From the NCBI GenBank assembly GCA_030167145.1, contig CP126532.1:1-32000 (forward strand): 32,000 nt of DNA. Reading direction: 5' to 3'. Shown here piece after piece: positions 16,171-27,682 of this stretch (its first letter is position 1; the number at the start of each line of letters is the position of its first letter). The DNA is from Ktedonobacterales bacterium. GTDB taxonomy: Bacteria; Chloroflexota; Ktedonobacteria; Ktedonobacterales; JADMIN01. The notes under the pieces are model-generated. The model made no database searches and had not been told where the DNA came from. It saw only the letters and a program-made list of their open reading frames with translations. The translations under genes were made by a program, and so were the position numbers.

Positions 16171-17952
16171 ATGTTGGCATCGAACAGTGGTGAGGAAGAG
16201 CATTTACCAGTGAATAGTATCGCCAGACTGCCTGCGGACGTTATAGAGCGAATTGCGGCGGGCGAAGTTATCGAGCGCCCAGCATCGGTGGCGCGTGAAC
16301 TGGTGGAGAATGCGCTGGATGCAGGAGCTAAGACAATTCGTGTAGAGATGCGTGATGGCGGATTGCTACTGATTCGCGTGGCTGACGATGGTTGTGGCAT
16401 CTTGCGAGATGATCTTGAATTGGTTTGTCAGCCTCATGCGACAAGCAAAGTGCGATCATTGGCAGATCTCGATACTATTACGACCCTCGGATTTCGCGGT
16501 GAAGCGCTAGCTAGTATTGCTGCGGTTGCTGAGGTTGAGTTTGCCAGCGCCACGGACGATCTGGGCATGGCTCATAGCGTAACTGTCAATATGGGGAGGC
16601 GGCTCACAAATAAGGCGCAGGCGCGGAGCCGTGGCACAACTGTAACGGTACGCAACATATTCGCGGCTGTGCCAGCACGGCGAGCGCTACTTCGTGGCGC
16701 ACAAGGCGAGGCTTTACGTGTCTTCAATGTCATTCGAGCATACGCGCTGATACATCCAGGCATACGGTTTACGTTGGTAAGCGATGGACATCTTCTTCTG
16801 CAAACGCAAGGAACAACTCTTGAAGAGGCAATAATTGCAATCTATGGAACTGATGTCGCCCGCGCAATGGTTCCGCTGGTAGCGACAGATACATCAGAGG
16901 CACGCTTGTCTGGGGCAGGAACCTCAAGAAGTATCCACTTTGCGACACGTGAGCACGTGATCATTGCGATCAATGGACGAGTAGTGGTGAATCACGCACT
17001 TCAAACTGCATTAGAGACTGGATATCGTCCATTGATGCGGAAGGGGAGGCATCCACTGCTCATAGCGTCATGGGAAGTCTCGCCAGAGCGAGTGGACGCA
17101 AATGTTCACCCTGCAAAGATCGAGGTGCTTCTACAGGATGAGAATGCACTGGCCAGAGCACTGCGTAAGGCTGTTGCCGAAGCAATCGGCCATGCACCTA
17201 CATCGGCTGTTCCGCACACACACTGGGGCGAAGGCAGGCGCTTCGCTCGTCCGATGCAGCTAGCGCTCCCTGCTCCGCGCACCCGGCGGGGATTGCTTCT
17301 ACGCAAGCAGGGGGGCAGCGGCACTCCGCAGCAAGCTCAGCTTGAAGCAGATACCGTTACGCTAGAGCGTCCGCTTACACTGGTCAGTCTGGGTCAATTT
17401 GAGGATACACTACTTCTCGCCTATACACCCGACGGAGACCTGTATCTGGTGGATCAGCATCGGGCACACGAGCGTGTAATTTACGAGCAGCTTCTGCGAC
17501 AGCGAGACGCGGTTTTAGCAAAGAAAGCACCAGCACAAGGACAATTGTTGTTGTCGCCACTGCTTATTGAGTTGACGCCGCGACAGGCTGAACTGTTGTT
17601 GCCCCGCCTAGACGAGCTTGCATCATGTGGCGTTGAGTATCAGCCATTTGGGGGAAGCTCATTTCTGGTGCGGTCGCTTCCTGCAGCGCTCACAAGTATG
17701 CGGGATCCAGCAGGCTTGATAAAGGCAGTAACACACGAAGCGACTGAGGAAAGCGAGCACTGGCTAGATGGCGTTTGTGTTGCGCTAGCATGCCGGACAG
17801 CAATTCGGAGAGGGCAGCCTCTTTCATCTGCGGAGCAACGTGCTTTGCTGGTTGATTTTTGCACTGTTAATGTACCCGCACTGTGTCCACATGGAAGCCC
17901 GCTGCTCCTGCGCTACAGCAAAGGCATGTTGGCCAAGGTATTTGAGTGGTAG
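16171..17952 (+). CDS. mutL: DNA mismatch repair endonuclease MutL
   Basis: Contains the GHKL ATPase N-terminus (ELVENALDAG, DDGCGI). The C-terminal endonuclease motifs are DQHRAHERVIYE (DQHAxxExxxxE type), ACRTAIR and CPHGSP. This is the MutH-independent type. The gene starts 4 nt after the mutS stop. Confidence 0.9.
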   Translation: MLASNSGEEEHLPVNSIARLPADVIERIAAGEVIERPASVARELVENALDAGAKTIRVEMRDGGLLLIRVADDGCGILRDDLELVCQPHATSKVRSLADLDTITTLGFRGEALASIAAVAEVEFASATDDLGMAHSVTVNMGRRLTNKAQARSRGTTVTVRNIFAAVPARRALLRGAQGEALRVFNVIRAYALIHPGIRFTLVSDGHLLLQTQGTTLEEAIIAIYGTDVARAMVPLVATDTSEARLSGAGTSRSIHFATREHVIIAINGRVVVNHALQTALETGYRPLMRKGRHPLLIASWEVSPERVDANVHPAKIEVLLQDENALARALRKAVAEAIGHAPTSAVPHTHWGEGRRFARPMQLALPAPRTRRGLLLRKQGGSGTPQQAQLEADTVTLERPLTLVSLGQFEDTLLLAYTPDGDLYLVDQHRAHERVIYEQLLRQRDAVLAKKAPAQGQLLLSPLLIELTPRQAELLLPRLDELASCGVEYQPFGGSSFLVRSLPAALTSMRDPAGLIKAVTHEATEESEHWLDGVCVALACRTAIRRGQPLSSAEQRALLVDFCTVNVPALCPHGSPLLLRYSKGMLAKVFEW

Positions 17953-17992
17953 GTGTGGCGGTTGGGTGTGCTCTAAACTGAACCTGAGTGTG

Positions 17993-19738
17993 TCATCTGC
18001 CATCCGTAAGTTCGATGGCGACATCAGCGGTGATGGCCGGTGCAGACGCAAGTGGACCAGCTTGTTCATGGGCATAACGTTTATAGAGCGCAACTTGGTT
18101 GTTCCGCTCTGTTTCCGACCAGCCGAGTTCGCGCTGCATGAGCGTCGCGACACATTCGATGGAAGCAAGTCCCCGTGTGCGGTCTACAATGGCAATACGA
18201 GTTCTGCGCGCCAGCACATCTTCGAGAGTGATGGCGAGTTCGCAGCGACAAGCGAAGATGACTTCGGCGGCGATATAGGGGAGATCTTGAATGAGAATGC
18301 GACCAAGGTCTGGTTCATTGTCAACCAGATCGAGCACACTGGCTGCCTCCGATCCATATGCGGAGAGCAGGTGCTCGATAGTGTCCACGGTAAGCTCAAG
18401 CATGCGCCCTCGCTGAGCGACAGACTGTCGATTGTAAGCCAGATTGGATGAACCCAACAGTTTGAGTTGCTCAGTTGCATGCTTGATACTACGCTGTTCG
18501 CGCCAATCTATGCGATCCAAGACATCTTGCGCCATCTTGCGATAAGTCGTCAACTTGCCTCCAGAGATAGTGAGAAGCCCATCCCTCGCCTCGACGATAG
18601 CATGGGTACGAGAGAGACGCGATGGCGTGCGGCGAGTACGTAGCCGGAGCAAAGGACGATAGCCAGCGTAGGTTGTAAGGATGTCAGCGCGACTAACGGA
18701 ATGGTGAAGATATCGGTTCAGGTGGGCGATGAGATAGTCAATCTCGTGTGCAGTGGCGATGGGATCTTCGATGCGCTGGACGCCCTCGTCTGTTGTGCCA
18801 ACGAGTGCGCGAGAATGCCAGGGGACGATGAAGATAATTCGCCCATCTTTGGTCTCTGGGAGTATGACTGCTTCATCACCAAGGTTCAATGTCTCGCGCG
18901 CGAATACAAGATGTGTTCCCTTGCTGGGAGCAATTTCAAGTTGGGGGTGCTCGCCCGCTAAGCGTTCGACATCTTCGGCCCAGACACCAGTGGCGTTCAC
19001 AATATGCTTCGCCTGGATAACAACGTCACGCTCAGAGTCGGCGTTTTGAGTGAGGTGATTGATGACGGACACTCCTGTTATGCGTGCCGCATCTGTCACG
19101 AAGCCTGATACCTCTGCATAGTTTGCGAGAAGCGCGCCACGTTCGGCAGCCGAACGGAGGACTGCCAATACGAGTCGTGTATCATCTGTCTGGGCATCAA
19201 AATACACAAAACCAGTCTTTAAGCCGTGGGCGTGCAGGCAACCAGCACGTTTTAGCGTGTCGCTGCGGCTGAGACGGCGATGTCGTCCAACATTCTTACT
19301 GCCCGCGAGAACATCATACAGCAACAGTCCCATGTCCAGGATGATGCTCAGGCCGATACCGCCGAGAGGCGCGATGGGCAATCCGACAGGATGGCGCGAA
19401 TCCTTGTAAAGAGGGAGTATGAAGGAGAGAGGGTGAACAAGGTGTGGGGCATTGCTGAGTAATCTGCCACGTTCCACAAGCGCCTCGCGTACCAGCGGAA
19501 TATCTAGCTCCGGCAGATAACGGATCCCGCCATGAACGAGCTTAGTGGAGCGGCTACTGGTGCCGCTCGCAAAGTCATTGCGCTCAATTAGACCAACGCG
19601 ATAACCGCGAGCAGCAGCGTCTAGTGCGATACCTGCGCCAGTGATGCCAGCACCAATTACCAAAATATCAAGTGGCTTAGCTACCATTTGGGCAAGCGAT
19701 TGCCGCCGGGTTGCCGCCGAAAGGTATGCTTCGCCCAT
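17993..19738 (-). CDS. glpD: FAD-dependent glycerol-3-phosphate dehydrogenase/oxidase
   Basis: Contains the FAD-binding DILVIGAGITGAGIALDAAARGY and GTSSRSTKLVHGGIRYL motifs and a C-terminal GlpD-type helical domain. The ATG at comp. 19738 has GGAGG 5 nt upstream. The ORF track extends 13 codons further to 19777. Confidence 0.9.
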   Translation of the reverse strand: MGEAYLSAATRRQSLAQMVAKPLDILVIGAGITGAGIALDAAARGYRVGLIERNDFASGTSSRSTKLVHGGIRYLPELDIPLVREALVERGRLLSNAPHLVHPLSFILPLYKDSRHPVGLPIAPLGGIGLSIILDMGLLLYDVLAGSKNVGRHRRLSRSDTLKRAGCLHAHGLKTGFVYFDAQTDDTRLVLAVLRSAAERGALLANYAEVSGFVTDAARITGVSVINHLTQNADSERDVVIQAKHIVNATGVWAEDVERLAGEHPQLEIAPSKGTHLVFARETLNLGDEAVILPETKDGRIIFIVPWHSRALVGTTDEGVQRIEDPIATAHEIDYLIAHLNRYLHHSVSRADILTTYAGYRPLLRLRTRRTPSRLSRTHAIVEARDGLLTISGGKLTTYRKMAQDVLDRIDWREQRSIKHATEQLKLLGSSNLAYNRQSVAQRGRMLELTVDTIEHLLSAYGSEAASVLDLVDNEPDLGRILIQDLPYIAAEVIFACRCELAITLEDVLARRTRIAIVDRTRGLASIECVATLMQRELGWSETERNNQVALYKRYAHEQAGPLASAPAITADVAIELTDGR

Positions 19739-19811
19739 TTTGTCCTCCATTTTGCGATGAGCCGGACGCTGTACCATGCGCGTCTGCTCAGCAGCGTAAC
19801 ACGAAGGTAAT

Positions 19812-19839
19812 TTGTATTGCCAGCGTTGTGTGCTATACT
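19812..19839 (+). promoter_or_regulatory. Candidate sigma-70-type promoter of the methyltransferase-maf-gluQ cluster
   Basis: TTGTAT (19812-19817), a 16-nt spacer ending in TGc (extended -10), then TATACT (19834-19839). It lies about 60 nt upstream of ATG 19902. The hexamers are identical to those of the lon candidate promoter. Confidence 0.45.
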
Positions 19840-19901
19840 CGGCCCGTTAGTGATGGCGCTTGCGGTGGATGGTGAGCGTCTTTGGAGACCAGTGCGAATA
19901 G

Positions 19902-21251
19902 ATGAGTGACGAAAAGCAGAACGAACAACGCCACGCCGCGTATGCCGTTCAACGTTTTGTACGAGCAACATACCGTGTAGCGGTTGAAGCGCTTCTAGTA
20001 AATGGCGAGGCGCGCGGCCGTGTGCTTAGTGTGCTATCCGAACCGGCCTTCGAAGAGATGGCCGAAGTATACGGGACTGCGCACGAACAGCCTGGTAGGC
20101 TGGACGAAGTGAGCTTTGTTGGCGGTATACCTGGTGAGGTTGTAGATGTGGAAGTCTCGTGGCGTCTCCCCGTGCCAGGACGCAAGCGTTCGAGGCGCAT
20201 TCCGCCACCAGAAGTGCGCGTGAAAGATGTGATTGAGTCATCGTATCTGCGAGTCACACCCCACTGTGTGGTATTCGGAGCGTGTGGTGGCTGTCAGTTT
20301 CAGCATCTGAGCTACGCAGCGCAACTCGTCTGGAAAGCGGAGCGAGTACGCGACGTACTTCATGCGGCTGGATTCACGAATCTGCCAATCGAAACTGCTA
20401 TCGGATGCGAGCCGCCATGGGAATATCGGAACCACATGCGCTTTTCGATCAACCGAGAAGGGCGAGCTGGTTTAACAGCGCGAAACAGCCACCGTGTTCT
20501 GCCTTTGCGCTCCTGCCCGATTGCGTCTCCGCACATCAACGCGGTATTAACGCTTGTAGCGGACGTGCCATTGCCTCGGCCACAAATGGTGGTTCGCTGT
20601 AGTGACCTGACAGGACACACGCTGGTACAACCAGCGCCCACTCCTGAACTACAATCTCGCCTTCAGGCGCACGAGATTACGGTACGTGAAACCGAGATGG
20701 AAGAACGTCTGCTCGATACTCCGTTCCGCATTCGGCCTAGTTCTTTCTTCCAAACGAACACACGTCAGGCAAATCGTATGGCGGAATTGGTGCTGGCGGG
20801 ATTGCCACAGGGGGAGAAAATCACGCTTGTGGACGCTTATTGCGGGGTCGGCACTTTTGCGCGCTTGATGGCGGATCGCGTTGGGCGTGTCATCGCTATC
20901 GAGGAGTCTGCGAGCGCAATACGGGATGCACGGTGGAATCTGCGGGAAGTCGGGAACGTGGAGATCATACAGGGGAAAGTCGAGGAGATGTTGCCTGAGA
21001 TGTCTGGGCGACTGGATGGGCTGGTGATTGACCCACCACGTGCGGGCTGCCAGCGACCAGTCCTGGACGCATTGCTTGCCCGGCATGTGCCCTCTGTTGT
21101 GTACGTATCCTGCAATCCTGACACCTTGGCTCGCGACCTGGCATACCTGTGTCTGCAGAATGTTGGTTATGTATTGCGATCCGTCCATCTGTTAGATATG
21201 TTCCCACAGACGGCGCATGTCGAAAGCGTGGCAATCTTGGAGGCATTGTAA
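19902..21251 (+). CDS. 23S rRNA (uracil-C5)-methyltransferase, RumA/RlmD(TrmA) family
   Basis: 449 aa. It has an N-terminal TRAM-like region, the [4Fe-4S] Cys cluster CVVFGACGGCQFQH plus a distal Cys (LRSCP), SAM motif DAYCGVGTF, and the catalytic nucleophile context VVYVSCNPDTLARD. Confidence 0.85.
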   Translation: MSDEKQNEQRHAAYAVQRFVRATYRVAVEALLVNGEARGRVLSVLSEPAFEEMAEVYGTAHEQPGRLDEVSFVGGIPGEVVDVEVSWRLPVPGRKRSRRIPPPEVRVKDVIESSYLRVTPHCVVFGACGGCQFQHLSYAAQLVWKAERVRDVLHAAGFTNLPIETAIGCEPPWEYRNHMRFSINREGRAGLTARNSHRVLPLRSCPIASPHINAVLTLVADVPLPRPQMVVRCSDLTGHTLVQPAPTPELQSRLQAHEITVRETEMEERLLDTPFRIRPSSFFQTNTRQANRMAELVLAGLPQGEKITLVDAYCGVGTFARLMADRVGRVIAIEESASAIRDARWNLREVGNVEIIQGKVEEMLPEMSGRLDGLVIDPPRAGCQRPVLDALLARHVPSVVYVSCNPDTLARDLAYLCLQNVGYVLRSVHLLDMFPQTAHVESVAILEAL

Positions 21252-21937
21252 TGTCCGTATCGCCTCTCTATTTAGCCTCTGCCTCACCACGCCGTCGTCA
21301 ACTCTTAACCGAGGCAGGCATTAAGTTTGAGCAAATTATTGTGCCCATTGATGAGGAGTGCTTAACCGCACAATATCATGGACCGCTAGAGCGATTGGGC
21401 GAATATCTGGCGCGATGCAAAGCTGATGCTGCACGCAAGGCATTAGATGCGTGTGGTCAACAGGGGCTGATTCTTGCATCTGATACAACAGTTTTGCTGA
21501 ATGATGAGTCACTTGCGAAGCCGCGTGATCTCGCCGATGCAGAGAGCATGCTTCGACAGCTACGTGGAGGCGAGCATGTGGTGGCTACCGGGGTGGCACT
21601 GGCTGGTCCACATCTTGAGCAGATCTTGTCGGCAACGTCAGCGACTCGCGTGCTCATGCGCGACTATACGGACGAAGAAATCGCCACATATGTTGCGACC
21701 GGAGATCCATTAGACAAAGCCGGCGCATATTCCATCCAGCATCCGGCATTCTCGCCAGTGGAGAGTATTGTAGGCTGCCATCTAGGCGTTATCGGGCTAC
21801 CCGTGTGTCTCGTAGCGGCACTCCTTGGTGGGGTGGGAGTGCTGCCACAGCGTGGCACTCCCTCTGTACAGTGTCCCTGGTCGGATGCATGTAGACCGCC
21901 TTTCCCCACAGACAAGATGTTCAATCTTCGGAGGTGA
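21251..21937 (+). CDS. maf: Maf-family nucleoside triphosphate pyrophosphatase
   Basis: Translation MSVSPLYLASASPRRRQLLTEAGIKFE... shows the Maf signature, plus DKAGAYSIQ. The ATG at 21251 overlaps the upstream stop as TAATG. The ORF-track start at 21149 lies inside the upstream gene. The protein carries an extra Cys-containing C-terminal tail of about 34 aa. Confidence 0.9.
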   Translation: MSVSPLYLASASPRRRQLLTEAGIKFEQIIVPIDEECLTAQYHGPLERLGEYLARCKADAARKALDACGQQGLILASDTTVLLNDESLAKPRDLADAESMLRQLRGGEHVVATGVALAGPHLEQILSATSATRVLMRDYTDEEIATYVATGDPLDKAGAYSIQHPAFSPVESIVGCHLGVIGLPVCLVAALLGGVGVLPQRGTPSVQCPWSDACRPPFPTDKMFNLRR

Positions 21938-21941
21938 GGCC

Positions 21942-22895
21942 ATGAACGCCCAGGCCGTACGGGGACGTTTTGCGCCCTCACCCACGGGAGCCTTACACCT
22001 TGGTAATCTTCGGACTGCATTGCTTGCGTGGCTATTTGCCCGGAAGGCCGGTGGCTCATTCGTATTGCGCGTGGAAGATCTAGATATCCCGCGTGTACGC
22101 CCGCACGCCACGTCAAAGATGCTCGATGATCTCGTCTGGTTAGGACTGGATTGGGACGAAGGACCTGGCATCGGCGGCCCATTCGGGTCATATTTTCAGA
22201 GTGCTCGGCATGCCATGTACGAAGCTGCACTCGCCCATCTGCGCGAGCAAAATCTCATCTATCCATGCTATTGCTCAAGGGCGAAATTGCACCGACTGGC
22301 GAGCGCACCTCAGTTGGGAGAAGATGCGCCCCATTACCCCGGAACCTGTCGCAATTTGACATCTGAAGAGCGGCGAAAGCGCGAAAGCGCTGGAGAGCGT
22401 GCTTCATTACGTTTTCGGGCGCCAGAGACACCGATTCGGTTTATAGACACCATTTCCGGAGAGCAGTTCGAGCCAGTTGCTGATGTTGTTGGCGATTTCG
22501 TTGTGCAGCGAAGTGATGGTATCATTGCATATCAGCTTGCAGTAGTGGTGGATGATGCGTTGATGGGGATTTCGCAGGTTGTACGCGGTGCGGACCTTCT
22601 TGGCTCGACTGCGCGCCAATTGGCGCTATATGATGCGATGGGATACCCGCGACCGCGAGAATATGCACATGTGCCGCTCCTGTATGACATGTCAGGCGAA
22701 CGTCTGGCGAAACGAGATGCTTCGGAAGGTCTGGAACAGGTGCGAAATTCAGGCATATCATCAGAGCATGTGCTGGGAGCACTTGCTGCAAGTGCGGGGT
22801 TCTGGTCCGTTGGAATGCCGGCGACGATCCATGAACTATTGGCTTCGTTTGATGTCGCTCAGCTTCGGAACACGACGTATTCGCTTGTGGTATGA
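21942..22895 (+). CDS. gluQ: tRNA glutamyl-Q(34) synthetase (GluQRS, truncated GluRS paralog)
   Basis: 317 aa. It has GRFAPSPTGALHLGN (HIGH-type), VLRVEDLD, a CYC...C zinc site and AYQLAVVVDDALMGISQVVRGADL, and no anticodon-binding domain, which matches GluQRS/YadB architecture. GGAGGTGAGG lies upstream of ATG 21942, 4 nt after the maf stop. Confidence 0.85.
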   Translation: MNAQAVRGRFAPSPTGALHLGNLRTALLAWLFARKAGGSFVLRVEDLDIPRVRPHATSKMLDDLVWLGLDWDEGPGIGGPFGSYFQSARHAMYEAALAHLREQNLIYPCYCSRAKLHRLASAPQLGEDAPHYPGTCRNLTSEERRKRESAGERASLRFRAPETPIRFIDTISGEQFEPVADVVGDFVVQRSDGIIAYQLAVVVDDALMGISQVVRGADLLGSTARQLALYDAMGYPRPREYAHVPLLYDMSGERLAKRDASEGLEQVRNSGISSEHVLGALAASAGFWSVGMPATIHELLASFDVAQLRNTTYSLVV

Positions 22896-22937
22896 AAGTA
22901 AGGATGTCTTGTACCCGATGGATATGGAGGGACAGCC

Positions 22938-25058
22938 ATGAGTGATTTACATCGCGCTGATGATGCGCCAAAACATGTAAACCGGCTTATTCATGAGATC
23001 AGCCCTTATCTACTTCAACATGCCAACAATCCTGTCGACTGGTATCCCTGGGGAGACGAAGCGCTCGCAAAGGCGCGTGACGAAGATAAGCCGATTCTGC
23101 TGAGCGTGGGGTATTCCGCCTGCCATTGGTGCCATGTGATGGAGCGAGAGTCGTTTGAGAATTCCGAGATAGCAGAAATGATGAATTCGTTTTTCGTAAA
23201 CATCAAAGTGGATCGTGAAGAACGCCCTGATATAGATGCCATCTACATGGATGCGGTACAGCAGATGACCGGTAGTGGTGGCTGGCCCATGACAGTGTTC
23301 CTGACACCCCAAGGATTACCTTTTCTAGGTGGCACATACTTCCCGCCGGTTGACCGATATGGTGCGCCTGCGTTTCCAAAGGTGCTGCGTGCGGTAGCGA
23401 ACCTGTATGCCACACGTCGTGAAGATGTGGAACGGCAGGCAGATGAATTCCGACAATACTATCAGCGCCAAGATAAGCTAAGCTTAAAGCTTCCGCGTGA
23501 TATGTTGCTTTCGGCTCAGTCTTCAGCATCAGATGTGCTATTCGCGGCTATGGAGCGGCTCCTTGCGCAGATGGATCCTGTACAAGGGGGCATTGGTCGT
23601 GCGCCGAAGTTCCCGCATCCGATGCATCTCGAATTTCTGTTGAGAATGGAGTCGCGGTTGCGCGCGAAAGCGCAGGAAGAGGCGAGTACACAGCTCCTAG
23701 CACTGGTACGTTTAACGCTCGATAAGATGGCTGGCGGCGGCATCTATGACCAGATTGGCGGGGGATTTCACCGCTATTCCACCGATGCGCGCTGGCTAGT
23801 GCCGCACTTCGAGAAGATGCTATACGATAATGCGCTGCTGGCGTCAGCCTATCTGCACGCATGGCAGGTGACGGGAGACGAACGCTATCGGCGTATCTGC
23901 ACCGAGACGCTTGACTATGTACTGCGCGAGATGACCAATGAGCACGGCGGCTTTTACTCGACCCAGGACGCGGATAGTGACGGCGAAGAGGGGAAGTTCT
24001 ACGTCTGGACATCAGAAGAACTGGGCGCTGCGCTGGGAAGAGAGGATATTGAGGTCGCTGAACAATGCTGGGGAATATCGGATCGCGGTAATTTCGAGGG
24101 CAAGAATATTCTCCATGTGGCGAATAACGAACATGATATCGCGATAGCGCTTAATATGACCGAGCAGGCTTTACGAGAACAGTTGGCGCACATACGTGAA
24201 ATTCTCTACAATGTGCGCGCACAACGGGTCTGGCCAGGGCATGACGATAAAGTGCTGACAGCCTGGAATGGCCTGATGCTTCGCACCATGGCGGAGGCCG
24301 GACGCATTCTAGACCATCCTGAATACCTCCGTGCTGCGGTTGCTAATGCAACGTTCATCACCGAGCAGATGGTCACCAACGATGGACGCCTGCTGCGATC
24401 ATGGCGCGCGGGCCAAGCCAGGATTGACGCGTATCTGGAAGACTATGCCAGCTTGGTCAATGGTCTGCTCTCGACCTACGAAGCGACAGGAGAGGAGCGT
24501 TTCTTCGGAGAAGCGCGTATGTTGGCAGATGATATGCTTGCACGTTTCTGGGATGAAGCGGCCGGTTCATTCTTTGATTCGGCGAAGAAGCATGAAGCAC
24601 TGGTAGGGCGCCCGCGCGAGCTAGTGGACGGCGCAACGCCATCTGGCATGAGCCTGGCAGCCGAATCCCTCCTGCGACTCGCGGCTTTCACTGGCGAGCC
24701 ACACTATCGCGAGTATGCGGCTCGAGTGCTTGTGCCACTGGCAGCAAGGATGGCCGAGCAGCCATTGGGATATGGGCATTTTCTGTGCGCTTTGGATGAT
24801 CTGGTCGGTCCATTCTATGAGGTTGCTCTGGTTGGAGATGACATTGAGGAGTTGCAACGTGTGTTGTCAGGGCGATATCTTCCACGAGCAGTCCTAGCGA
24901 GTGGCAGCGGCGAGAGCAAGCTCGTGCCGTTGTTGGATGGGCGACCTGCTGTAAATGGAATCGGCACAGCTTACGTTTGCAAAGACTTTGTATGCCGCTT
25001 ACCTGTCACTTCGCCGACGGATTTTGAAGCGTTGCTGGCCCAATCAGAATTATCATAA
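22938..25058 (+). CDS. Thioredoxin-domain protein of the DUF255 / YyaL family (Trx-like N-domain plus alpha/alpha-barrel)
   Basis: 706 aa. [43 protein letters not shown] is the DUF255 signature. GGAGGG lies 6 nt upstream of the ATG. Confidence 0.85.
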   Translation: MSDLHRADDAPKHVNRLIHEISPYLLQHANNPVDWYPWGDEALAKARDEDKPILLSVGYSACHWCHVMERESFENSEIAEMMNSFFVNIKVDREERPDIDAIYMDAVQQMTGSGGWPMTVFLTPQGLPFLGGTYFPPVDRYGAPAFPKVLRAVANLYATRREDVERQADEFRQYYQRQDKLSLKLPRDMLLSAQSSASDVLFAAMERLLAQMDPVQGGIGRAPKFPHPMHLEFLLRMESRLRAKAQEEASTQLLALVRLTLDKMAGGGIYDQIGGGFHRYSTDARWLVPHFEKMLYDNALLASAYLHAWQVTGDERYRRICTETLDYVLREMTNEHGGFYSTQDADSDGEEGKFYVWTSEELGAALGREDIEVAEQCWGISDRGNFEGKNILHVANNEHDIAIALNMTEQALREQLAHIREILYNVRAQRVWPGHDDKVLTAWNGLMLRTMAEAGRILDHPEYLRAAVANATFITEQMVTNDGRLLRSWRAGQARIDAYLEDYASLVNGLLSTYEATGEERFFGEARMLADDMLARFWDEAAGSFFDSAKKHEALVGRPRELVDGATPSGMSLAAESLLRLAAFTGEPHYREYAARVLVPLAARMAEQPLGYGHFLCALDDLVGPFYEVALVGDDIEELQRVLSGRYLPRAVLASGSGESKLVPLLDGRPAVNGIGTAYVCKDFVCRLPVTSPTDFEALLAQSELS

Positions 25059-25300
25059 GGATTGCTTCCTGGTCAACCACTAACCAGGCATGGCGAAAGA
25101 CATCGTCGGCAAACTAACGTGGTATTGATCCACCGATTCCTCCCCATGCTACGAGTTGTTTCTTCCACCTTCTGCCATGAGAACGAGAATGGCAAGGCAG
25201 TCAGCGGCATTGGGGAAAGAACCAGCCGGTTGTGTCGGCGGAAATCCGCTTGAACAGCGGAACTAACGGTCCTAGAGAACCGGCGGTTTGGGCCAAAATG

Positions 25301-25309
25301 TGGTAAAAT
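25301..25309 (+). promoter_or_regulatory. Extended -10-like element (TGgTAAAAT) in the gyrB upstream gap
   Basis: TG at 25301-02 and TAAAAT at 25304-09, with no convincing -35. If functional, it would start a transcript about 320 nt upstream of the gyrB ATG. Confidence 0.25.
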
Positions 25310-25576
25310 GGAGAGGTGCATTTGAGCAATAGTGCACCACCATATCAGCGGTTTGTATACGCAATAGCGACCACATCAGGAGCAGGGATTTGAACCGGTT
25401 TTTGCGAGTTGCTCTCCTTCGTTCGAGACATCTTCACCCGCTTCCCTTTTGTGCTTCTGTACATCCGCCTGTTTCGCCACCCATTCGAGCACGGCGCCTT
25501 AGGAAGATGCGTCTAGCCCGCTTAGATGACAAGTTGACCTCAACCAACCCGTGAAGTTCTGTTACTGAGACATTGA

Positions 25577-27577
<2,001 letters not shown>

Positions 27578-27623
27578 GCAGCGGCTTGCAATCTATTCGC
27601 CTATTAAATACAGGCGAGGCCGC

Positions 27624-27664
27624 AAAACGAAGCATACCCTGGTTGTCGGGGTATGCTTCGTTTT
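27624..27664. terminator. Bidirectional rho-independent terminator between convergent gyrB and the beta-oxidation operon
   Basis: A near-perfect 16-bp stem, AAAACGAAGCATACCC (27624-39) / GGGTATGCTTCGTTTT (27649-64), closes a short loop. It is A-rich on the left and T-rich on the right, so it can terminate both strands. It sits 47 nt after the gyrB stop and 19 nt after the minus-strand stop at 27683. Confidence 0.8.
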
Positions 27665-27682
27665 GTGAGATGCTACAAGCCC

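Noticed and set aside
25195-25235. SRP-RNA-like string GTCAGCGGCATTGGGGAAAGAACCAGCC, reminiscent of the 4.5S helix-8 motif (GGUCC-GGAA-GGAAGCAGCC).
   Set aside because: The flanking arms do not pair into the required helix around a GNRA loop, and the conserved AGCAGCC / GUCAGGUCC spacings are not met.
25062-25321. Short ORFs in the gyrB upstream gap (63 aa on plus, 82 aa on minus), and a 23-25-codon ORF (starting at TTG 25323 or GTG 25317) after the extended -10 element.
   Set aside because: The 63- and 82-aa ORFs have no convincing SD at proper spacing and Arg/Ser/Cys-rich composition unlike real proteins. The short ORF can start only at TTG or GTG, and I found no family resemblance for any of them. 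They are treated as non-coding pending conservation data.
25376-25398. tRNA-like fragment on the minus strand: GGTTCAAATCC (T-loop consensus) followed by CTGCTCC, resembling a T-arm plus 3' acceptor strand. It could be a tRNA gene or an integration-site remnant.
   Set aside because: The sequence 5' of the loop (AACCGG) cannot pair with CCCTG to form a T-stem. No D-arm, anticodon arm or matching 5' acceptor strand could be found. There is no CCA, and no integrase or second repeat copy is nearby. It is most likely chance similarity.
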